Below, piece after piece: positions 14,601 to 28,230 of a DNA stretch of 64,000 bases. The notes under the pieces were generated by a model. It searched no databases and was not told the origin of the DNA. It worked only from the letters and a program-made list of their open reading frames with translations. Position 1 is the first letter of the stretch; every line of letters begins with the position of its first letter. This DNA is from Amphiscolops sp. MND2022 (lineage: Eukaryota): positions 52,764,001-52,828,000 of the forward strand of contig OZ076409.1 of assembly GCA_964187785.1 (NCBI GenBank), read 5' to 3'. The position numbers and the translations under genes are program-made.

Positions 14601-17093
14601 GAATATGCTGCTTTGCTGAAACATAGCATTTTGTTACTTACAGTTGTGATGTCCTGTGTATTGTAACGAGTTGGACCAGTTTTGGGAGTTGTCGCTGCAC
14701 CTAATCGGAACGTTGGGACTATATTGCTCTGGACCATTGTTGTCAGTATTGTTTGGTGCACTCTTGCTGAAAAAGTGAGCTTGCGAGCTCATCACTGTGG
14801 ACAAGAGTCTCTGGTTGCACGTGAAAAATTGTATCCCCATAAGATACGGTGATACGGAAAGCCTGTACAGCATCTGCAACTCATTGAATAGTCTGAGCCC
14901 CAATTCGTGCTTGTCACAGTGTACCTGGATATAGGTGGGGCCGCGTGGCTAATTTTGAGCCCGATCTTACGTCTCCAGTCTTGGTACGAGCCACTTGAGT
15001 AATTTTCTAAATTTTTTTAAATTTTCAAAAATCCTTTAAAAACTCTCTAGCTTGTAGCTGGAGGTAATTATCAGCCTCGGGAAGTCATTTTTCAAATTTG
15101 TGTAACTGAACAAACGTGCTGTGCAATTTTTTTGCCCAGTACGCCTGATAAAACTGATTTTGACTGTGCCCAGACACGCATTTTGGCCAAAATTCCGAAA
15201 AACCGTCAAAAAAAAACGAAAACATAAAACCTCAGTACTCCCACTATACGAAAGGCAGAGACCAAAAGCCTTCATTTTCCAACCGAAGGGACCCAGAAGG
15301 CCTTCCTGGGTGCAAACGAGGCAAATCCCACAGTTTGATTCCGATGTATACAACCACAGCTTGATATTAAAACTTTTTTGTTCCTCGTAAAAATGTATTT
15401 GATATAACATTTTCAAGGCTATCAGTGAGGCCTGACAAAAAAAACAAAAAAAAATCCTCGTTAGTGCAACTTTGGCCAGATGCTTTCTTTTATAGTTTCT
15501 TCTTTAGTTTCGTTATCTCTATAGTTATATTCTTTGAAGTTTCAATGTCAATATTCCTTTGATTCAGTTGCTTTTCTACGGAACAACTTGTTTAATGGAT
15601 CTCATTAGCCCCGAAATTTTCAATTACAGAATCTTGTCTAATTTTGTCTCAGTGCTAAATCTCACATGCAGTCAATTGGTAAATCGCCTTTCATTCTCTC
15701 CTCAACGGATGCTACTGATTTTTGTTTTGGTATGGAGCTGCACATCAGTGCGTGCTGCCCAAACCTAGTCAAACTTTGAACAAAGAATATTAGAAACTAC
15801 CTGTTTTCCTTTTAAACAGTGATCTTTCCGCTGGAAAGAAGTTTTACTGAAAACAAGTTTCAACTTTTCTGCAAACTGAATTTTTACTGGCGTGGAAAGG
15901 AAGTTTTGAGCGAAACGCGCCAGAGAGCCTCAGGGCTCCAAAAAATTTCTTAAACAACAAAAACATCAGTGCTATCAAGATCCTACCCAAACATAGTGCA
16001 GAAACCTTTTGCCAAGCCAATGATGCTCTCAGATTGATATATAGAATAAAGATTTTGATTTGTTTGAAGGTGCATTTTTGAGTGCTCGTTTTATAGCCCC
16101 AGGGCTCGCTCCAGTAACAGCAGTCAGTGGATGATGCAGGCTCGATAGATTTCAAGAAGCAAGACCTCAAGGTTGCCCAATCAGCGAAAGATGACAGTGC
16201 CACTGGACCCTTGCAACATCACCAGTTTGAGATCCCAGTGGATTGCAAAGATGATGTGGAGATGTTTTCAATGCCAGCTTCTCCGCGTGACTGGGACGCC
16301 ATGCATAAAGTCCGGGGAGTACGTAACGGCACCCTCTCAGACAGCAAAATCGGTCGATATTGGAATTTTGGATTTGAACATGTTCAGAAAATTTCTGAAA
16401 AATTCTAATTCGATGTTTGACGTGGCACTGAGCATGTGGTTGCTCTTTTCGTGTTTCAACGAAATTGGCAGGTACTTCGACAACAAAGAGCAAGATCGAG
16501 AAAAAACATAAGGCCAGCTGCCCGAACAGACGCCAGAGACTGCAAAAACCTCTGAAATTAGACTCTTTTGAAGGTGCTAACCTTGATTTCAGCAGTATGC
16601 TACTTTAAGTAGCGAAAACCGTAAAAATGAGTCTTTTCGTCTAATTCACAAATCTGTGCCTGTGGTGCCCCAGCTTGCGAGCTGAATGTGGATGTTGCCA
16701 AATCGCCGTTGTGGACGAGATTGCTGTACATTGTTGTAAGTTTATGGCTACTTTGACAATTTTAGAACTTATTTCGTAATTTTAGATATTATTCCCCAAG
16801 TCACCCTGAATAACGAAAATTTAACATAATTTCCTTTCGGAACGTTTTTAAAGGCTGTCTAAGTGATGGTTTCGAAGAAAAAGCGTAATTCGCGCTACTG
16901 ACAGCAATTAAAGTCTGGATCAGGCCGGCGAGCACTTCACAAGAAGCGGAATCCTCCTGTGACGGGACAGTTTTTACCCGAAAGAGGCAAAATGAGCTCA
17001 TGGTCATGGGCGCCTGTCCCGGGCAAATACCCATATCATGTGTTCCTCTAGCTCTTATGGTTACGGCGACAATGGTGAGAGCTTGTCGTTACA
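11692..17093 (+). mobile_element. Non-autonomous LTR retroelement (LARD-like) with no recognisable gag/pol
   Basis: Direct repeats 11692-12109 and 16322-17093 (GTAACG...CGTTACA, ~5-6 substitutions in 418 shared bp). PBS TGGCGACCACAGAGGGA at 12126 (tRNA-Arg-like) and purine tract GGGGAGTA before the right LTR. No clean TSD seen. Confidence 0.75.
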
Positions 17094-17526
17094 TAACATC
17101 CGCCGATTAGAGGCTTAAAAGATATTGCTCGCTTAAATTTGAAACTCGTTCAAGATAAAACGAGGTACTGATTCATCACTCCACAGTAAAACAAAAAAGT
17201 ATGCAGAAGCTGGCTGACTCTTCGATTTGACCCCGAAACAAGGAACGGCAATTTCAAGACGCAATACATTGCAAAAAACGTAGGCTGAATTTTGAAAGTT
17301 ATGGCATTTTCTTACCTTGAAACGAATTAAACTTCGATGTTTTCTCAAATAAGGGCAAGAAAAGGAATTTTCTACCTCAAGTTTCTCCAAAATCTACCTC
17401 TATCTAACTTGTACTATCAAAACCGATGAAAGCGTGAATTAACATTAGTTTGTTCTTGAAATAGAAAAACTTCATTCTGACTAAAACGTGTCTTGAATGT
17501 AAACGTCATGAGAAAAATTCCTTCGT

Positions 17527-18608
17527 TGTAAAGACAAGCAAAAATACCTCAGTAGCCACGCTAGGTGGAGAAACCAGCATGCAAACGTTTACGTCCGGAA
17601 CTGACCGTTTCACATACTAGCTCATATTCCTCCGTGGGGAATCCGGTCCCGAGGAAGCGGAACCGTCTTAAGGAACACCCTCCGGCCTAAGTCCAGTCCG
17701 TAACTGCTAAGAATAACGGGCATCCATCTCGGACCTTCGCCTGGGACCACCGTTTAGACAGCCTTTAAAACCAATACCAAGATAGAATACAGTAAATTTC
17801 TATCTTCAGGGTGGAATGGGAATAATATCTAAAATTGCAACAAACTAGCTCTCGGACTGGTAATTACGGCTAAACCCAGCGAAAATACATCAAACTGGCA
17901 GTCCACATAGCTACAAGCTGGGGCGCAGGGGATCCAATTAAAAAACAAGGATCTCTGAGCAAAAAATCTCGTTTCCCCGATCTCGCTACTTAAGGTAGCA
18001 TCATGCTGAAGATCAATAAAAACTGGGGTTAGCACCTCAAAAAGGTTTCTCGAGGTTTTTAGCACCTTCTCGAGGTTAGCACCAATACCAAGATAGAATA
18101 CAGTAAATTTCTATCTTCAGGGTGGAATGGGAATAATATCTAAAATTGCAACAAACTAGCTCTCGGACTGGTAATTACGGCTAAACCCAGCGAAAATACA
18201 TCAAACTGGCAGTCCACATAGCTACAAGCTGGGGCGCAGGGGATCCAATTAAAAAACAAGGATCTCTAAGCAAAAAATCTCGTTTCCCGGGTTCTCGCTA
18301 CTTAAGGTAGCATCATGCTAAAGATCAATAAAAACTGGGGTTAGCACCTCAAAAAGGTTTCTCGAGGTTTTTAGCACCTTCTCAAGGTTTTTACAGTCTC
18401 TCTGAGCTCTCAGGCTAACTTCTTCTCCGTGTTCCGCTCGGTCTCCTCTCGTCCTCGTTTTGCATTGAAAATGGCGGAAAAAGCGAAAAGAGCAATCACA
18501 TGCCTAGTGCCACGTCAGACATCGAATTAGGATTTTTCCATCAAAATTCTGAACATTCCATCCAAATTCTATAATCGACGGTAACACCACACAACGGAAA
18601 ACAGTTCA
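17527..18608 (-). mobile_element. Diverged solo LTR related to the 11692/16322 LTRs, inverted
   Basis: TGTAAAGACAAGC at 17527 matches the reverse complement of the LTR end GCTTGTCGTTACA. 18484-18580 matches the reverse complement of the LTR 5' part (GAAAAGAGCAATCACATGC..AGTGCCACGTCA.ACATCGAATTAG). Confidence 0.6.
17770..18388 (+). repeat. Tandem duplication, 311-bp unit x2
   Basis: ACCAATACCAAGATAGAATACAG starts at 17770 and again at 18081; the units are near-identical. Confidence 0.9.
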
Positions 18609-19802
18609 TATTCACTAATTGAAAGCAACTTATTCTGATGTACACATAGTTACACATGTTACACATAGTTAGTCTTGAGTGGCTAATATGTCTGAAGTCT
18701 GTCTAAAACGTTAACACTGCTCTTACAATAAGACGCCCCGACCCGAAATAAATTAACTACAACATTTTCTCAAGACTCGAGCGTAAAATGTTTATACACT
18801 GAGTATATCTTTCACCCAAACAAGTATATTTAATGGCCAATGATTTTGTTGTTAAAGTCCATGAGTTTTCTCATATCTACAAGAACAAATATTGATCCGA
18901 AATCATCCGGAAAGCATGAAACGGTCGATTATGAAAACTTTGGTTTTGATTGAGCATTTTTGTCGTCGAAAAACGCCAGCTTTCTTACCTAGAAACAACC
19001 TACGGAGGCCATTATTGTTTCGTTTTGATTTATCGTACCCACGTACCCACTACAAGTTCAAAAATGTACAGTAAATGCCTAAAACGGTTGAAATAAGAAA
19101 AATTGATTTTATATGGGCCTGTGATGGCTTTTATTGATGTAAAACATCAACTTTTTTCGGAGTTTTGATCCTCTTTGAGTTCGCTGGATTTTGTAATCAA
19201 CGTAATTGTTTATAAACTGGCTAATAATTGCCACTAAATTGAAAAATGATTTTTTGGTTATCTTGCACTTTGATGCTTTTGTTTAGATTAAAAACCTAGG
19301 GTTTCTTTCCTGAATATTATGGAAAATTGACACCAATTTCATATCTGAATAATGTGTATAAGAATGCCCACTAAATTATCCAAAGCTTGGATAAAACTTG
19401 CATCGAAGTGCAAAATTGAATAAAAAAGTACATTAAAAAAGTTCCTGAAAAGCATTTAAAGGACTTTAAAATAAAGAAAGATTTGCTTTTGAACTGTAAA
19501 TGATGATTCACTCGAACACTTTCTAAAGTTGGACAAAAACTGCTCTAAATAGTCGAAATTTGAGAAAATGTTGTTCTTGGAGGAATAAATGCATTTTTTC
19601 ATGCAACAAAAAGCCAGAAAATTCGACATGTTTTGATTCAATTTGAGGCTTTTTTCAATCCATAAACGTAGAAGTATTCGTCGTGAAAGCTGTGTGTTTC
19701 GTTTTTGAACTCTGTGGGTATTTGAATTTTCCCATTCCAAGCCTAAATGAGTCAAAGTTCGAAAACTTTTTTGCAATAAACCCGTTCGAAAAACCCTAAT
19801 AA

Positions 19803-20485
19803 AATAAGACAGGTACGTGTCTAGTCGGTGCTACACTTAAGGCTCAAACTGCGCAAGTTTTTAAAATAATCTCAGGACTTTTGATGAAAATCTGACAAAC
19901 AAAGTGTCAAAACACGCAGAGGGTTCCAATATAGCGTGCTATGTCACATGGAAGCCCTTTTTTTGAACCACGGCCTCCTCCTTAGTAAAACGCATTTTAC
20001 TTCGGATAAAACGTCAGAACTTCGGATATATCGCAATCTTTTCGAACGTCGTCCTCGTCTTTCGTGAAACGCAACAATGGATAAAACTTTGGTTATAACG
20101 TCTAAATTTCGGATAGCATTGAAACAAATTATTAGTGGATATATATTGAGAAAATATTAGCTGTTGTAACATCCAATTTGGTGCAAAACATCAACAAAAA
20201 GTTGAACAGAAGACCCTTTGAAGTCATTAAAGAATTTTCGAAGAAACGTCTGACAGTACTGAAAACTATCTAAAGGTGGGACCATTTGGTCTCGTCCGGT
20301 TTTGTATGATACATTGAAAACTCGAAAAAATGAGGATGAACCTTTACCTCAATATATATGTGTTTCCGAAGAGTTCGTTCAGTTGCACAAACTGAACAAA
20401 AAAGTGGTAAATTCAGTAGTATGAGTCTTCAGAAAAAACATGCCGTTGAAAGCCGGACACCTGTATCTCACAAAAAGCGTCAACA
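19803..20485 (-). mobile_element. Diverged Helentron/DINE-1-like element
   Basis: AGTCGGTGCTACACTTAAGGCTCAAA is the reverse complement of the family 3' end; GGACC..TTTGGTCTCGTCCGGTTTTGT internal motif; decayed 5' end near 20485. Confidence 0.5.
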
Positions 20486-20607
20486 GAAAAATATGGAGAT
20501 TGAAAAAACAATATTAGGCATCCACTGACAGCTAAAATGTATCCAATGAGCACGGACATAGATCTGTAGATTCCCCAAAATGAAAGGCAGACCTAAAACC
20601 CTTATTT

Positions 20608-21815
20608 TGTAAGTTGGCGTTCAACCCACTCAGCTAGTCACCGAGACCATGGATATTACATGACTTACCCACCCAGTGTCTTTTTGTTCTAAAGCCAAGT
20701 TTCCAAAAATATTTTGCATTTCGAGAATAGCTCTGTCGCTAATAGCGGCATTTATGGTCCTATTATTCTGAGTATCGAACATTATTGTTAATCAGTCCAT
20801 TTCGTGAGGCCTCATATTCATTTCACTCATCAAAAAATATCCATCGATTCTAGTAATATCTCATGTCTAGGAGCTTCATTTCAAGTTTCAATGTCTCTAA
20901 TCTCATTTTCTTCAGATGAATTTCCTCGAAGATGCGGAAGAATCTCAGTGTGGTCACGGCCTATAGGCACATTTATGATATTTTCTGATCCTCTTTCAAA
21001 TGAATTGGAATTACCTCCTCCTAACAACAAATTCATGTTAGCGTTATTAGACAATATGTCCATTTTTCTAGATCTCATTGCTTTCGCTTTTTGTCTCATA
21101 GTTGACGGCATAAAAAAGTGGTACAGAAAGGTGAAATTATATTTGCGGTGTTACGTATTTCAATCAAAATTTCAACTAAGCGTTTCAACAAGTGCCGATT
21201 GTAAAATTTGTCCGAGCCTTCTCGCGTGGGATTTATATCCCTGAGAAGGATGACATTTAAATTTTTGATAGTCTACGCGCTATATTCAGCACCTCAACAA
21301 TGTAAAAATAGCAATAACGCAAGATATAAATAGCATCAAAGGCTTCACATTCCGCATAGCTGTATTCGGCTGCACAGGAATGTGGAATGTGAGGGCGTAA
21401 TAATATGGCCGTCATGTAACATACTTCAACACTGCATACAACGTATAGCCACATTACAAAAAATTTATCACAAAACTTTATATCCATACGTGATGGGTCG
21501 TATTGTATTGGCCCTATACTGCCAAATGTAAATATGCAGACTATTAGGCACATTTGGATTCTAAATGAGCCCAATAATTAGGATTAGGAAGGAAAAGATG
21601 ATGAGCTTTCTGCGTAATATTACAATGTATTTTTACAAGTTGTAAATTGCACATAATATAAGACATAGTTTGTCTGGCATTTTCCTCAGTTTTGTGGCGC
21701 CGCTCTTTGATAATTGTGTTGCTTTGAGTAGACGTTTCTGTCGCAGGTGTCATCGTGCGATACAATGTTATATTCCAAACAATCTAAACAATTTTATAAA
21801 ACGACCGCAGGACGA
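20608..21815 (-). mobile_element. Diverged solo LTR (~1.2 kb) of the same family as 1444-2634
   Basis: The minus strand ends CTTACA at 20608; the other end resembles the copy-1 start; flanks are TATTT/TATTA. The decayed ORF (MPSTMRQKAKAMRSRKMDILS...GNSSEENEIRD...ESMDIF..SEMNMR..HEMD..QNNRTINAAISDR) aligns with the copy-1 peptide. Confidence 0.65.
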
Positions 21816-22107
21816 TATTAAAAGCCGAAAAAATTCTAAACTTAGTGTGTAGCTCAAAACAAATTTGGAAACTTCGAAACGCAATCGTTGTTGAAATCTT
21901 TTCAATGGTTTCTATGCGTTTTGCAAAAAGTGCAATACTCTCACGTTGGGTAATTTAGGTATTTCTCATTCAGCTCGAGAAAAACGTTAGTCGAACCTAA
22001 AGGGCCCACCTTTGGTTGATTAGGCACTGAGATATTCGAAAAATTTTCACACGACTTTGCAATTTTGAGCTTTAAGCGAACACGAACTTTAGGCGATTCC
22101 CGTTTTC

Positions 22108-22902
22108 AGTCGGCGCTTTTCCTTTAAAGGAAAAATGCCCGACTATAGCAGTGACTGTTTTTTAGTCGGCGCTTTATCCTTTTAAGGAAAAATGCCCGAC
22201 TATAGCAGTGACCCTTTTTCTTCAGACTACAATCCTCACACTGATAGGTTCACTTTTTAGAAACAATCTCCCCTTTCATTTTTTATTTTCTCAAGGAAAC
22301 CTACAAAACCCGACGTGCCTCAAAGGTCCCCCCTTTTGATTTTTTCGGCACTGTGCTTCTTTTTTTGAAAGAAAGAAAATTTTCAAAACTTTCAATTTTT
22401 TTCCAAAAAAGTGTTTTGCGCTTTTTGAGCCTTAGATATGGCGCCGACCTCGTTCTCGTCTTGTTTTTTCTTCAGACTACAATCCTCACACTGATCGGTC
22501 CATTTTTTAGAAACAATCCTGAAACCACCAAACCACCTAAGGCCAAGTCCCGCCAAGGCAAACTTAGTCCAAAGGGTCCCCTCTTTCATTTTTTACTTTT
22601 TCAAGGAAACCTACATAACCGGACGTGCCTAAAGGGTCCTCCCTTTGGATTTTTTTTGGCACTGTGCGACTTTTTTCGAAAATTTTTCAATGTCCCCAAA
22701 AGGTGCCTCCTTGGAGTTTTTTGATATTTTGCAACAGAGTGTATTTTAATAAATCCAAAAGGGTCCCCTTTTTTATATTTTTCGGCACTATGCGACATTT
22801 TTCGGCAGAAAAAAATTCAAAAATTTCAATTTTTTTCTTTAAAAAGTTTTGCGCTTTTTGAGAGATAGATATGGCGCCGACTTTAGACGTTCTCGTCTTG
22901 TT
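22108..22902 (+). mobile_element. Tandem Helentron/DINE-1-like elements (two 5' ends, two 3' ends)
   Basis: AGTCGGCGCTTT..GGAAAAATGCCCGACT hairpin twice (22108, 22164). ATATGGCGCCGAC 3' subterminal repeat at ~22436 and ~22869. Shared TTCAGACTACAATCCTCACACTGAT body start. Confidence 0.7.
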
Positions 22903-24336
22903 CTATCTAATCGTGGTTTTGGCCATAATCAACTAGGTGAAAACTTAGGCTGTTAGTTTTTTACCACCTTTTTTCAATGCTTGTTCCAATTTAGTACTGA
23001 AATGAAGTCACTTTTTTACTGGATAAAATTGAATGATCCCGGCATCTGGCGTATGTGTTATAAACGAGTGAGTTGAAGTCGAATTAACTCGTCTTCTTTG
23101 CCTCGGCTCTCGACCAATCAGATTCATAAGTTCATTTGAAATACTTTCGCTCGTTCAGTTTACTTTAGTTAAGCCACAGTTGTGTATTTGTATAATGGCT
23201 TTTTTTCTTACATCTAAAATTGGGTGGAAAATTGAAATCTGCATTTCTAGACGAAAAATTTTATTAGAGTCTTCGCCAAATTCTATTTTTTTTTCAATTG
23301 AAATTACGTAAACACTCAAACTAAAGTTTTCGTTTCAATCACCAATTGTGAAATTTGTGTCTTGCTAATTTAATTGATCGTATTTTTTCCGAAAATCTTG
23401 GTAATGAAACGTTTTTGACAAAGATGCATTCTCTTCAACCTGAAGAGGGAATAACTACGTCACCAGAAAGTATTACAAATTCAACTGAGCGGTGATAAAT
23501 AGTAGTCTTATAAACCAGGGAGTAGTTTTGAAAATTATTCCTTTTTAGGTAGGAAAAAAGGAGGAGAATTGATATTCGGAAAAATAATATCTCTGTCAAG
23601 GATCTGAATTTGCTTCATTTTATGATGCTCATTACTATAATTGCTCCATTTTCGTTGTAAATTATTATTTAATGATCCATACTTCTGAATTTTACTCAAG
23701 AAATGTGAAATGAAAGGCATTTATTTTGGTACTTTTTGCTTTCGGGGGATTTCAACTTTCTATTCTACGGTGCCCTTATTTGAGCGATCAATTTTAACGG
23801 TTTATTTTTGTTTCTGGTGTAAATTTTGAGTACCTCAGTTTGATTCGAAAAAGCTAAGTTTGTAATTTTGGATGCATGTAAATTATAGTGTACGCATGAT
23901 TTCCGTTTTTTTCTATAATTTTGAGTAACATACATCTGAACAAGTTCCTCATGGAAAAATGACATAAAAATCATTGGCTTCAAGCTTCGACCACGAAGGA
24001 CATAACATTTTAACTTTTTTTGAGGAAAAAAAATTCTTTCAGAAATTAAGATTTCGAGGGTGAATATATTTTCCTGAAAATGTAACTACCAAAATAGTTT
24101 TTACTGGGTGACGAAAAACTTGCAAACTCAACTAGTTTCGCTCTCAAAGTGTTTACTTGACACGTTTGAACTGACCAAGAATAAAAATGAATCCTAATTT
24201 TATTTTCAAAGGGAAAATACCGTCCATTTCTTATTAGATAGATTGAATTAATCTGACGGCTCTGCCTGAAGGAGTATCTCTGAGAGTGACACCTAGAAAT
24301 GAAACTGCTGATCAAGGGAGTTGACTTTATTTTTAG

Positions 24337-24980
24337 AAATGGTTAAGTTACGATGTGAAACAAAAGTTTATGTTTTGCCAACTTTAATTACGACAAAAAT
24401 AGTTGGACAATTCGCTAAAGAAAAGGCATAACTGAAGCCAATCTCTTAGCGAAAAACACAGCAAACATCATGTTGAAAGTTGAGTTTCAAATATCACTAG
24501 AGTGAACATTGTTGATAACGAGCATCTAATTTCTCTCAGGATCAAAAAGTAAAGAAATATTATTGGCCCCATAAGTTACTTGGTTCTTTGTACAAGGTCA
24601 CTGAAACTTAAAACCCAATCAGATTCTCGAAGGGTATTGCGATATATGATTTTTCCAATCTAGTTACTGTTTAATCTGAACTGCTGTCTTCATCGTAAAT
24701 CGAGAAATTCTGTAATGTTTGCTAGGGGAAGGCCAATTTCTTAAAAATCATTTCTTGACATTCCTTTTTGAGATGGTTGAGTTACGAGGTGAAACAAAAA
24801 ATGGTTTTCTTTAACTGTAATTACAATTAAAATCGTAAGCCATTCATCTAAAGGAAACGTTTAACTGGTTTACTTGAGTCATTTTTTAGCCAAATAGACT
24901 CAGCCAATTTCAAGTTTAACGTTCAGTTTCAAACATCACTACAATGAACATTGCTGATAACGAGATTCTAATTTTTATCT
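24337..24980 (+). repeat. Old, diverged tandem duplication (~430-bp period)
   Basis: ATGGTTRAGTTACGAKGTGAAACAAAA ... AGTTTCAAAYATCACTA..TGAACATTGYTGATAACGAG..TCTAATTT occurs at ~24340-24535 and ~24774-24976. Confidence 0.7.
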
Positions 24981-25715
24981 TGCTCAAAAAATAAAGTGTT
25001 AATATTGGCACTGTAGTTTATGTCCCTTCCAGTTGCAGGAAATAGATGATCATAGTCTGAGTTATTAATTAGTTGCCTAAATGTATGCTTGAGCCGAAGC
25101 CGAATGGGTTCCCTCGATGTGTCTGTTCTTTCCAACAGAATTAACTTTTCTTCCAGAAACACCTATTTAGCCGAAGTAAGCTGTATTTGCGAACACTCTT
25201 CTCAGCTGGCGATTCACAGCACAATTCTCTGGCAATGTGTAGCCTCCCGAAACTTCAACGTGAAGCCAGCTACCCTGATTGAAACAATTCAAATTTTTCA
25301 CACATCTCTGTGGGTTGCCGAGCAAGCTCAATTTGATTTTGGAAAAAACTTGGAAAACCCCCTATTCTTTGTTCAGATTGATGTTTATCAAGCTGTCAGG
25401 AAAATTTTCTTGAACTTGGCGGCAATCGGAACGTTTGCCGGTTTCAACATGCGATAGTTCCGTTTGTAAATGCAGTTGAGACTTTTGGAACTTTACTATC
25501 GTTTAATTGTTTATCAACTTCGGTTCTTTCATAAGTTTTCAAGTAGAGGTTTTGAGCGTGAATTTTGACACATCGCGAGTACATCAATTGAGACTTTGTG
25601 AGAGAGCTTAGCAAGACTCTCAAACTGACATCAAAACAATTTAGAAAAACGATTTGTTGTTGACAAATATTTGAACAAACAGAAAAATATAAAGATAAAA
25701 AGATACGAAACATCA

Positions 25716-28230
25716 CTTGCCACGAGGTCTTGATATAATCCAGTTAGTAAACAATTCTCAACTTTTCTCGTCTTCTCCAAGTTAGTAGAGAGTAAAAGTT
25801 ACTCGTTAACATGGCGCTGCGAAATTCATCAGACTCAGGCAGAAGGTCAGCATCCAGCGGGTCATCAGCCTTATCGGCACTGCCAACATTTTTCAATCAG
25901 CCCACCTAAAACTGAAGGGGAGAAAATGGTGGGTTATGACGGTAAACGCAAAAAAATCCTTTTCTGTCGCGGAGTTAACAAGAACCCAACGGAACAACAA
26001 CCACGACAGGCATCAATGATAAACAACTCGAACGAAGAAGCAGCAGAACGAAAAACTGTTAGCATCTTGTGTTCGGCACTGGCATCAGCCGGAACGAGGA
26101 ACCTGAAGGACAACCTTCCAATCATGGTTGCAACATCAGCAAAATGGGAACAAATTCAATAGAAAAAAATAACTTTTGTCAAGTTGCGGAATCGAATTTT
26201 GGACTAGTATAACTTCTTCTCGAAGAAGTAACATTAAAGTGAATCGCTAAGGTCACATTGAACGTCTCGACAAGATAACCGGTGATGTGTTTATACAGCC
26301 CGTGGTTATAACAGTCAGAAAGAACCAATGTGCCGACGGCGCCCTAGATGCCAGATCGCCAAATAATGCCATATTGAAAGATGCGTTTCAGATGTCGAGC
26401 CTATTGGAAAAAGTGGCAGAAATCGCTATTGATAATCAGATGGGGAGATGCTGTTCACATCTCTGGATATGCTATACGCAATTGGACAGATAATGCTACA
26501 TCTAGGAACAGCACACCACAGCAACTTTCAAACAATCATGGGAAAGACCACCAATTCTTACGAGTTTAGAGCAAGCTTTTGTGGACTAACAACGATACCA
26601 TCCGAATTCCAGAAAGGAATGGATAAAGTTTTACGTGAAACAAAATACCTCGTTTGTTCATTGACAACATTTTATTGGTAACGAACGGAATGAAAGAAGA
26701 GCATATGAAAAGAGTTGAAGAAGCAGTGAAAGCGATGAACGAAGTAGGAAGAAAAATTGAACAGAATGGATGGAGTACTGCTTATCAGCAAATGGAGTAA
26801 ATCCTGTAGACGAAACACTACAAGCAGTAACTGATAGTTGGGGAACCTAACAGTTGTAAGATTTTTATGGGAGCGATAAATCAATATACAAATTTGTTCC
26901 AACTTTGACAATTTTGTGCGCTTCATTACGACTATAATTTAGAAAGATGGAGACTGGATCTGAGAGGCAGAACATGAGAAGATATTTAATACCATCAAGG
27001 ATGCAATAGAGATGATGGCAGAACTCAAACATTCAAACCGAAATCTACCACTACACACAATTCGTGACGCAAGCAAAGACGGGGAGGCGTCTCAGTTCTG
27101 CTAAAAACTCAGACAAACGTTTTATAACCACACAATTTGCATCTGTTTTTAACAGAAATTGGACAAAAAAATTTGATAAACGAATTAAAACTACTCGTCG
27201 TAGTTTTGGTCCTGAAAAGGTCTCAAAACGACGTCTATGAAATCGAATTTTAGTGTCCGATCATTAGCAATGATGACAAAATTAAAAGACAATCGAGCGA
27301 AAAAAAAACATTTTCCTTCAGACTAACAAGGTGGGTGGATTGTCTTCTTCCGTTTCAGTCCAGTGAAGTACCTGCATCTGGCAGGACAATAATTGGGTTG
27401 TTGACTATCTCTTCCGCATTCCCTCAAAACGTTACAGCATTACCAGCAGAAAAAAAGCAGAGGAACGATGGCAAAACTGGTTCACTGTGAATAAAAAAAA
27501 GAGAAATCGAGTCGTTTCACCAAATCAGATTTAGCAGAACAGACCGAAGCAATGAGTCAGAGTGAAGCTGGAAAGTGAGACCAAGCCGCGTGATAGTGAG
27601 AAAGTGTCAAGTGGAAAAATTAGGCTTAAGCGAATATACGAAGAATCAAACAGATAGCGGCAGTAGTTGAATCAGAGACCACTAGTGAGAACGTGCAAGA
27701 AGTTGATTATGGCACTGAGATGGGTAATCACTTGGTTGAAGCGGCAAATAAGCACCAAAGAACACACTGATTTGCTATTCTGTAATTTAGGTTGATTTTT
27801 TGCAAACTTTGGGTAGCCATACTTTCACGGCCCATGATGAAACTGACGAATTCATCGATGAATGTATTGGATTGTTAAAGAAACCGCAGACAACCAAAAT
27901 TAGTCATCTTCCTATGACATGGAGGGAAACATTCAAGTGTTTGTGCAACGACTTTAATGATTTTGTCTAATTGGCCAAACGTTCAGCAATTCCAAAGGCC
28001 TTACGTCCAATTATCATGCGATCATCAAATTATGGACACCCGGGAGAAGGACAGTACGCTGACAACAGTATCAAACGTGTGGTGGCAGACACTGTATAGA
28101 TAGGTGGTTGCGATAGCAAGAGCATGCACGCAATGCCAAGAAGCAGTTTAGAATAGAAAAACTGCACTCACACCAAAACAAGTAGGCAAGCTTCCTGAAT
28201 GCACCGAAAGTAACCAGGCAATATCAATAG
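25716..28230 (+). mobile_element. Degenerate, internally deleted Ty3/Gypsy retrotransposon (gag start, RT, RNase H, integrase Zn-finger)
   Basis: RT motifs FIQPVVITVRK..ALDARS, FTSLDMLYAIGQ, FCGLTTIPSEFQKGMD, FIDNILLVT (26290-26730). RNase H motifs DASKDG, ELKLLVVV, RLTRWVDCLLPF. Integrase motifs YGHPG, NVWW, CTQC (~28030-28140). Many stops and frameshifts. Confidence 0.9.
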
